A stretch of DNA of 64,000 nt from an uncultured Verrucomicrobiota bacterium. GTDB lineage: Bacteria > Verrucomicrobiota > Verrucomicrobiia > Opitutales > Opitutaceae. The position numbers were made by a program, and so were the translations under genes. The stretch's first letter is position 1; every line of letters starts with the position of its first letter. The stretch covers positions 32,280 to 96,279 of the forward strand of contig CAIVDS010000056.1 of the NCBI GenBank assembly GCA_903904685.1. Reading direction: 5' to 3'. Shown piece by piece: positions 57,392-64,000 of this stretch. A model generated the notes under the pieces. It searched no databases. It saw nothing but the letters and a program-made list of their open reading frames with translations, and had not been told where the DNA came from.

Positions 57392-59206
57392 TCAGATGTT
57401 CCTGGCCGCCTCCAATTCCTCCCAGCGAGCGAAGGCGATGGCATGCTCCGTCTCGATTTCATCAAGGCGTTTTTTTGCGGCTACGGCCGCAGTGGGATCG
57501 CGCCGGTAAATCGTCACATCACCGAGCTGCGCCGTCAGCGCAGTCTGCTCGTTTTCGAGTTTTTCGATCTGCGCGGGTAGAGCCTCCAATTCACGCTGTT
57601 CCTTGTTGGTGAGCTTGCGCACGGCCTTGACCACACCGGATTTGGGCGGGAGCTCGATCTTGGACGTGGCGGCAAACGCACGGGCGGAAGCCGCGGCCGC
57701 GATCTTCGCCTTTTCGTTCACCCAATCGGCGTAGCCGCCCACGTAATCGCCGATGATGCCATTGCCTTCGAAGACAAGAGTGCTCGTCACCACGTTGTCC
57801 AAGAAATCGCGGTCATGGCTCACGATGAGGAGCGTGCCTTGATACTCGACGAGAAGATCCTCAAGGAGGTCGAGCGTCTCGGCGTCTAGGTCGTTGGTCG
57901 GCTCGTCCATCACCAACACGTTGGCGGGCTTGGTAAAGAGTCGCGCAAGGAGCAGGCGGTTGCGCTCGCCGCCGGAGAGCACGCACGCCGGCGTGCGGGC
58001 GCGGTCGGGTGTGAAGAGAAAATCCTGAAGGTAGCTGATGACGTGGCGCGAGCGCCCATCCACGGTGACCGTGGTGTTTCCGTCGGCGATATTGTCGGCG
58101 ACGGTTTTGTTGTCGTCGATCTGGTCGCGGAGCTGGTCGAAGTAAACGACCTCAAGCTTCGTCCCGAGTTTAAGCGTGCCGTTGGTCGGCGAAAGCTGGC
58201 CGAGGAGAAGCTTGATTAGCGTGGTCTTCCCCGCGCCGTTGGGCCCGATGATGCCTATCTTGTCGCCGCGTGTGATCACGGTGGAAAAATCGTGCAGCAG
58301 GACGCGTCCATCCGGATAGGCGAAAGACACGTTCTCCGCATCTAGCACCTTGACGCCGGTTTTCTCAGCCTCGGCGAGACGCATGGTGACGTTGCCCGTG
58401 CGATCGCGGCGGGCGCGGCGCTCCTCGCGCATTTTTTCAAGCGCGTGGATGCGACCGACCGCGCGGGAACGCTGGGCCTTCACACCTTTGCGAATCCACA
58501 CTTCCTCCTGAGCGAGTTTCTTGTCGAAGAGCTCTTGGTTGCGCTCTTCGGCGGCGATGACCTCCTCCTTGCGCACAAGGTAGGTGTCGTAATCGCAGGC
58601 CCAACTCGCGAGGCGGCCGCGGTCAAGCTCGACAATGCGCGTGGCGAGTTTGCGCAGGAATGCGCGATCATGGGTCACGAAGAAGAGCGTGATCTTCTCG
58701 CTCAACAAAAAGTCTTCGAGCCAGAGGATGGATTCGAGATCGAGATGGTTGGTCGGCTCGTCGAGCAGGAGCAGGTCGGGCTGGCCGGCGAGGGCGCGAG
58801 CGAGGAGCGCACGACGTTTGAGTCCGCCGGAAAGCGCGGTAAAATCGGTCTGCGCTGGAAGGTTAAGTTTTTCGATGAGGGTGTCCACGCGCAGATCGCG
58901 TTCCCAATCCTCCTCGTGTTCGCCCGGCGGACGCAGGCCCGACATCACAATGTCGGTGACCGAACCCGTGAGGTCGGTCGGTATCTCCTGCACAAGCCGC
59001 GTAAAAACCGCGCCCGGCTGGCGGAACACTGCGCCGGTATCGGGCTTCATCTCGCCGGCGATGATCTTCATGAGGGTGGACTTGCCCACACCATTGCGTC
59101 CGACGAGACACAGACGTTCGCCCGGATCGACTTGGAAATTTACGTTTTCCAAGATCGCCGGACCACCGAAGCAAAGGTTGACATCAAGCAAGCTAAACAA
59201 AGCCAT
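57392..59206 (-). CDS. uup: ABC-F family ATPase (Uup-like)
   Basis: GRNGVGKST, LSGG, LLLDEPTNHLD, GPNGAGKTT, MDEPTNDLD, C-terminal coiled coil. Confidence 0.9.
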   Translation of the reverse strand: MALFSLLDVNLCFGGPAILENVNFQVDPGERLCLVGRNGVGKSTLMKIIAGEMKPDTGAVFRQPGAVFTRLVQEIPTDLTGSVTDIVMSGLRPPGEHEEDWERDLRVDTLIEKLNLPAQTDFTALSGGLKRRALLARALAGQPDLLLLDEPTNHLDLESILWLEDFLLSEKITLFFVTHDRAFLRKLATRIVELDRGRLASWACDYDTYLVRKEEVIAAEERNQELFDKKLAQEEVWIRKGVKAQRSRAVGRIHALEKMREERRARRDRTGNVTMRLAEAEKTGVKVLDAENVSFAYPDGRVLLHDFSTVITRGDKIGIIGPNGAGKTTLIKLLLGQLSPTNGTLKLGTKLEVVYFDQLRDQIDDNKTVADNIADGNTTVTVDGRSRHVISYLQDFLFTPDRARTPACVLSGGERNRLLLARLFTKPANVLVMDEPTNDLDAETLDLLEDLLVEYQGTLLIVSHDRDFLDNVVTSTLVFEGNGIIGDYVGGYADWVNEKAKIAAAASARAFAATSKIELPPKSGVVKAVRKLTNKEQRELEALPAQIEKLENEQTALTAQLGDVTIYRRDPTAAVAAKKRLDEIETEHAIAFARWEELEAARNI

Positions 59207-59284
59207 AAGCGCCCCAACGTGGGTGGCGCAGGGCTTGCATGCAACCTTCCTGTCGGCAAACGTCGCAACCCCCTTCGCCCCTTC

Positions 59285-60439
59285 ATGCGCCCGTTCCCGA
59301 TTCTGTTGTTTTCCCTCATGATCTCCACTCCAGTCTCCTCCCGTGAACTCCTTGTCTACGTAGGCACTTACACGAAAACCACTAGCAAGGGCATCTACGT
59401 TGGCCGCTTCGATCTTGAGACCGGCAAGCTCGGCGAACTGAGACTCGCCGGCGAAGCCGGCAACCCGTCATTTCTGGCCTTCGCTCCCGATGGCGCCCAC
59501 CTCTACGCCGCATCGGAGGGCGCAGGTGCACAGTATGAGGGCAAGCCCAGTGGCACGGTGCTGGCATTCACCCTTGATGCGCAAACCGGCATGCTCACCA
59601 CGATCAACCAAGCGGTTTCCGGCGGACGCGGACCGTGCCACCTCAGCGTCGGTCCTGATGGCAAAAACGTTTTTGTCGCCAACTACAGCGAAGGCTCGGT
59701 GGCCGTGCTGCCGGTGCGCGCGGACGGCGGTGTCGCGGTACCGTCGAGTGTCATACGGCACGAAGGCCGCAGCGTTCATCCTTCCCGCCAGAAACAACCC
59801 TACGCGCACTCGATCAATCTCACGCCCGACGGTCGCTTCGCCTTCGCCGCCGACTTGGGAACCGATACAATTTACACCTGCCGCGTGGATTCCGCCGCCG
59901 GCACGCTCACACCCGCCGGCGAAACGACACTCACTCCCGGCAGCGGTCCGCGACATCTGGCGATTCACCCGGATCACCGCCATGCCTACGTGATCAATGA
60001 ACTGGCGAACACGATAACAACATTCGCGCTCGATACCTCCAAAGGCCTGCTTTCCACCCTGCAAACAGTCACAACCCTGCCAGCATCCTTCACCGGAAAC
60101 AACACGACCGCCGAAATCGCGGTCCACCCTTCGGGACGTTTTGTTTACGGCTCCAATCGCGGTCATGACAGCATCGCGGTGTTCAAAGCCGATCCGCTCA
60201 CCGGCACGCTCACCCTCACCGAACATGTTTCTACGCAGGGGAAAAATCCGCGCAACTTTACCATTGATCCGACCGGACGCTGGTTGATCGCCGCCAATCA
60301 GGACGGCAACTCGCTGGTCGTGTTTGCCATCAACGGAGAAAACGGCCGGCTAACGCCTACTGGTCAATGCGTGTCGCTCGGCATACCGGTCTGCGTGCGT
60401 TTCCTGCAGCCCAGCCAAGACCCCGTGCTTGAAAAGTAA
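59285..60439 (+). CDS. pgl: Lactonase family beta-propeller (6-phosphogluconolactonase-like); the 58445 ORF start is antisense read-through
   Basis: VYVGTYT, GPCHL, VANY, PYAHS, GSGPRH, YGSNRGHDSI, GKNPRNF, ANQD. Confidence 0.9.
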   Translation: MRPFPILLFSLMISTPVSSRELLVYVGTYTKTTSKGIYVGRFDLETGKLGELRLAGEAGNPSFLAFAPDGAHLYAASEGAGAQYEGKPSGTVLAFTLDAQTGMLTTINQAVSGGRGPCHLSVGPDGKNVFVANYSEGSVAVLPVRADGGVAVPSSVIRHEGRSVHPSRQKQPYAHSINLTPDGRFAFAADLGTDTIYTCRVDSAAGTLTPAGETTLTPGSGPRHLAIHPDHRHAYVINELANTITTFALDTSKGLLSTLQTVTTLPASFTGNNTTAEIAVHPSGRFVYGSNRGHDSIAVFKADPLTGTLTLTEHVSTQGKNPRNFTIDPTGRWLIAANQDGNSLVVFAINGENGRLTPTGQCVSLGIPVCVRFLQPSQDPVLEK

Positions 60440-60442
60440 AGG

Positions 60443-60540
<98 letters not shown>

Positions 60541-60593
60541 AGGTCGACAGTGGCTCGCTCACCTGACGATTCAATGAGAATCTTTCCGACGCT

Positions 60594-61043
60594 TCAGGAG
60601 CCGGCGCGGCGCGGTTTTTTTGACCAAGTCTCAAGTTCGGAGAGGTAGGTCGCGGGCAGCTTGCTCTCACGAGCACCCGTCAGCACCTCGTCCAAATAAT
60701 CAGCGGACGCCTCTCCCTCTCCGGCTTGTTCCGTCAAATACACCATCGCCTCCGTGTGCGGGCCGGCCGGAGAAACGATGCGACGAGTGGTGCGTTCGCA
60801 AAGACCTTCGCCCACGCCGGCCAAAGTATCGAGCGCGACCAAGGCCCCCGCTGGCACAAACCAGAGAATACCCCATATTTGCTCACCCCGACGCGACTGA
60901 ATGTTGGCCAAGCCATGAGGTCCGATCACAAATCGATGGTCCTCAATCCTTGCCAGCCCCAACCAATCCGCTCCGGGACAACGTTTCTCAAAAACGTCAC
61001 GGCGCATGTCTGCACCGTAAGCGAAATAAAGGATTTGTCCCAT
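60594..61043 (-). CDS. Gamma-glutamylcyclotransferase family protein
   Basis: YFAYGADM, IWGILW, LDTLAG, YLDEVLTGA. Confidence 0.8.
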   Translation of the reverse strand: MGQILYFAYGADMRRDVFEKRCPGADWLGLARIEDHRFVIGPHGLANIQSRRGEQIWGILWFVPAGALVALDTLAGVGEGLCERTTRRIVSPAGPHTEAMVYLTEQAGEGEASADYLDEVLTGARESKLPATYLSELETWSKKPRRAGS

Positions 61044-61102
61044 GTGCCTAACAGACCCTCAAGACGAACCCATCGCAAGCCTGTGCCCAACAGAGAAACC
61101 TA

Positions 61103-61573
61103 TCATGGTTTCGAAGGCTCTTGCGGAGGCTTTGGCGGCGGCGAAACACCTTCCTGCCCCGGACGGCCATCACCACCGCGCTTGCCACGCTCGAGCATCC
61201 ACTGCTTCCGGCGCTCGCGCTCCTTTGCCTGCATCTCGCGGAGTCGGTCAATTTGTGCGTAGGTCAGCTCGTCGATAATAGAATCCTCCATATCCTCAAG
61301 TAGCTCGGTCGTGGTTTTAAACGCCTCCCAGCGTGCTTTTTTAAGGCGCTCCGCTGCTTGCATGATAATCGGGCGGATATTTTCGCGCTGTTCCGGTGAA
61401 AGCTGCAGTTGCTCGGTCAACTTCTTCATCTGCTCCGGCCCAAACTGCTCGTTCGCAATCCGCTTATCCACTGAAACATTACGAATGATGCGGGCGCTGA
61501 CAAACCCACCGGCGATGGCACCGGCGATAAAAATACCCGTAAAAGAAGCGAGAACTTTCCAGTTGATTTTCAA
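61103..61573 (-). CDS. Periplasmic Spy/CpxP/CnrX-like helical protein
   Basis: N-terminal TM; two LTxxQ-like motifs (LSPEQ, LTYAQ); third gene of the ECF operon. Confidence 0.7.
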   Translation of the reverse strand: MKINWKVLASFTGIFIAGAIAGGFVSARIIRNVSVDKRIANEQFGPEQMKKLTEQLQLSPEQRENIRPIIMQAAERLKKARWEAFKTTTELLEDMEDSIIDELTYAQIDRLREMQAKERERRKQWMLERGKRGGDGRPGQEGVSPPPKPPQEPSKP

Positions 61574-61576
61574 GTC

Positions 61577-61879
61577 TTAAGAGATGTCCAACCATTCCCC
61601 TACCGGATCGACCAGCACCATGCTGGCGTCGCGATCAAAGGAAGTAAGCATCGGTTTGAAATTAGCAACCACACTCACGAGCATGACGACTGCAGCCACG
61701 GCCAACGCCCGCCATGAAAGTCGCGCGAACAGTGACATCATCGAAAATTCACTCGTCGCGAAAGCGAGCGCCACCACACGGGTCGCAAAACCGTGAGGGG
61801 CCACGGCCTCCCGCGTATCGGCGGGAACCATGCGGGCGGTCGCTACAAGACGGAGCCAAGGTGATTTACATGAGTTCAT
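61577..61879 (-). CDS. Putative single-TM anti-sigma factor
   Basis: 100 aa, one TM, ATGA overlap with the ECF sigma stop. Confidence 0.65.
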   Translation of the reverse strand: MNSCKSPWLRLVATARMVPADTREAVAPHGFATRVVALAFATSEFSMMSLFARLSWRALAVAAVVMLVSVVANFKPMLTSFDRDASMVLVDPVGEWLDIS

Positions 61880-62463
61880 GAGTGTTCCTTTTTCTTTAAT
61901 TCAACGAAGAGTTTATGTAGTTTCCGACGCGCACGAAAGGCGCGGACCTTGATCAGTGCGATGTTCCAGTTGGTAAGTTCGCTCACCTCGGAGAGGGTTT
62001 TTTGCTCAAGATCGAGAAGCTGCAGGACCATGCGGTCCTCCGGTTTCAACTGGTCTAGCAATTTATGAACCAGTTCATGGGCGGCGAGCGCATCTCCGGC
62101 GGTCACATCGTTTTCGCTCGTGAGCACGGCGTCGAGCACGTCGGCCTCGTTTTCAGAGAGATCGGCCCAACGGAACTCCGGACGGCGCTTCTGCGCGCGC
62201 AAATGGTCGATGCAGGTCGTCACCGCGATGCGTGACACCCAATGCGTAAAGGGCACGTTCCCCTGAAACTGGACGATGCGGGTGAACATTTTTAAAAAAA
62301 TCTCCTGGGTAAGGTCTTCCTCGGCGACGCGTCGAGGCAGGCGGGCGCGCACGATGCGGATGACCATGGGGTGGAGATGCTCAACGAGTTCACGCGCCGC
62401 GAATTGGTCACGGAGACACACTCGTTCGACGCAACCCGCCAAGTCAAAGGTCTCCTCAGACAT
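61876..62463 (-). CDS. ECF RNA polymerase sigma factor
   Basis: EEDLTQEIFLK, WVSRIAVTTCID, region 4 LKPEDR...KVRAFRAR. Confidence 0.95.
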   Translation of the reverse strand: MSEETFDLAGCVERVCLRDQFAARELVEHLHPMVIRIVRARLPRRVAEEDLTQEIFLKMFTRIVQFQGNVPFTHWVSRIAVTTCIDHLRAQKRRPEFRWADLSENEADVLDAVLTSENDVTAGDALAAHELVHKLLDQLKPEDRMVLQLLDLEQKTLSEVSELTNWNIALIKVRAFRARRKLHKLFVELKKKEHS

Positions 62464-62498
62464 AAGAAACTGAAAACAACATCATACACAAAAGCCGA

Positions 62499-62524
62499 GA
62501 CGCTTGGAATCGGGACGGGTTACA
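62499..62524 (-). promoter_or_regulatory. Candidate ECF autoregulatory promoter TGTAAC-N16-CGTC
   Basis: Minus strand tgtaac ccgtcccgattccaag cgtc, 35 nt upstream of the sigma ATG; resembles the AAC/CGT bipartite ECF consensus. Confidence 0.6.
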
Positions 62525-62752
62525 CGAGGGCGGCAGGTCACGAAAGGAGAACTTAGAGGCCGGCTAGGGCTTCTACAAGCTGTCTCTGCCGGTGGAGATC
62601 GAACAAGGTTGCCAGCAACGGAAGAAGGCACTCGACCCGGGCCACTTTGCTTCGCGATCCTGACACGGGCGTCATCATCTCACCCGGTGCTTGGTGGGCT
62701 TCCACATCGGTCCGCATTGTAACGCCCGCTTTGCCTGCTCCGGCATCCTTCG

Positions 62753-64000
62753 TTACTTGTTACGTCGTGATTCCTTGACGAATGTCAGACTTCGCCGCCT
62801 CAAAATCGCCAGTGCTCTCTTCGTCCGGCTAAAGACCGCGACCGGCTCGGGCCACACATGACGCGCCCCATAACGTAAACGTTCCAGTTCCGCGCGCACT
62901 ACCGCCAACTCCAGACTCCATGCGCCTTCTGTTTGGATTTTTTGGAGCCACCGTCCCGCCTCTCGACGCACCGGATCAATCCCGCTCCGTGAATGGCGAC
63001 TGCGCCAGCGCAGCCATGCGCTGCGCCCTTGAACACGCCAGCCCACTAGCAAACCCGCTGGCAGCAAAACCAGCACCGTCCACCAGGAAATACGGCGTAC
63101 ATCCCATGGTTCCTTCAGCCATCGTTTCAAACTGACCAAGCGTTCCCGAAGCATTTTTTTGAGAGAGCGCATGCGACCATCGACCAGCTTCTTGGTCGTG
63201 TCGGCCAACTTGAGCTGGGACTGCTGGTCGAAGCTGACGATGCGACGATACCAGAACATTTGCAGACTTTCGAATCGCGCGCTCCAACCATCGTCCTGAA
63301 TACGCGTCAACGCGGCTTCACCATGCACGGCATTTGTCGCCTCTCCCATCGGGACGGAACCGGGCGTAGGATCAACGCGTACCCAAGTATCACTGGTGCG
63401 GTCAAAAATCTCGCACCACGCATGGGCGTCGGAATTGCGAATGGTCAGGTTTTCGCTGTGCGGATTCCACGAGCCGCCTTTAAAGCCCAGAACCACCCGG
63501 GTCGGATAACCCGCCGTGCGTGCCAGCAGGAGAAAAGCGCCGGCAAATAATTCGCAGTGGCCAGGCTCCTTGGAACCAATCCACCGCACCAAAGTATCAC
63601 CTGTCCCCGATCGGATTGCACTCTGCAGCGAATAGACGTGCCGCTGTTTCAACCATGCACAAGCACGACGGGCGAATTCCGACGGGCTATCGGGAGGCGC
63701 ACCGATTTCCGCAACCCACGCGCCCAATTTTTGTTGATCGTCAGCGAGCAGACCCGGCAAATCGAGCAACGTCGGCTTTCTGTTATCACGCTTCTTGGCG
63801 GCCTCTTCGTCCGTATCAATGGTTTTCAATGCAGGCCCGAAGGCCATGCCTTCCACCCGATATGCGAGCATTTTGACTGGCTCCTTGCCAAGAGTCACCA
63901 CGCGCAGGCCATGTTCAAGCCCCGCGTCCTGCGATCCTCCATCAAACGTGAGTTGGTTGAATTCACCCAACAGCGGCAAAAACCGACTCGTGCCGGCTTC
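62753..64000 (-). CDS. Transglutaminase-domain membrane protein (TgpA-like), 5' end outside the window
   Basis: GHCELFA (Cys), DAHAWCE (His), VDPTP (Asp); frame open to position 64000. Confidence 0.9.
   Translation of the reverse strand, partial: EAGTSRFLPLLGEFNQLTFDGGSQDAGLEHGLRVVTLGKEPVKMLAYRVEGMAFGPALKTIDTDEEAAKKRDNRKPTLLDLPGLLADDQQKLGAWVAEIGAPPDSPSEFARRACAWLKQRHVYSLQSAIRSGTGDTLVRWIGSKEPGHCELFAGAFLLLARTAGYPTRVVLGFKGGSWNPHSENLTIRNSDAHAWCEIFDRTSDTWVRVDPTPGSVPMGEATNAVHGEAALTRIQDDGWSARFESLQMFWYRRIVSFDQQSQLKLADTTKKLVDGRMRSLKKMLRERLVSLKRWLKEPWDVRRISWWTVLVLLPAGLLVGWRVQGRSAWLRWRSRHSRSGIDPVRREAGRWLQKIQTEGAWSLELAVVRAELERLRYGARHVWPEPVAVFSRTKRALAILRRRSLTFVKESRRNK

Noticed and set aside
9670-59206. 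DNA-repair gene cluster (udg, uvrA, mpg, uup)
   Set aside because: Genes are kilobases to tens of kilobases apart, in separate transcription units
58445-60439. 664-aa ORF ending in a lactonase
   Set aside because: The N-terminal part is antisense to the ABC-F gene; the signal peptide starts at 59285

Overview
GC-rich bacterial chromosome segment. Gene content and protein style (PEP-CTERM tail, long-form IspH, SufT, FecR/beta-barrel/Wza/Wzc module) suggest Verrucomicrobiota, probably Opitutaceae; this is inference. Most of it is housekeeping: metK, opgG/opgH, riboflavin synthase, leuS, lpxI, a dus-family gene, sufT, sppA, ispH, glgA, rnr, galE, uvrA, rplU/rpmA, an ABC-F ATPase, a lactonase and the SRP RNA gene ffs, which the ORF track cannot show. 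The parts most worth a second look are: (1) a lone PilB/GspE-type ATPase inside a sensor-less phosphorelay cluster (1358-5343); (2) a small gene between opgG and opgH that looks like the split-off N-terminus of OpgH; (3) a tandem active plus catalytically dead HtrA pair; (4) an S8 peptidase with a Glu-His-Ser triad and PEP-CTERM tail beside a GT-C glycosyltransferase; (5) a CinA-like/NadD-like orphan fusion; (6) IspH carrying an extra, possibly Nudix/Idi-like N-terminal domain; (7) a KS-ACP-phytoene-desaturase-like mini cluster; (8) an accessory patch between galE and uvrA (about 44530-47260). That patch holds a multi-winged-helix Mrr-type nuclease, an unannotated zinc-ribbon remnant, a lipoprotein, and a 14 x 21-bp tandem array whose minus-strand ORF is a cationic heptad-repeat peptide. 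No CRISPR array, tRNA, rRNA, integrase or transposase was seen. Homologies were recognised from motifs by eye, not by database search.
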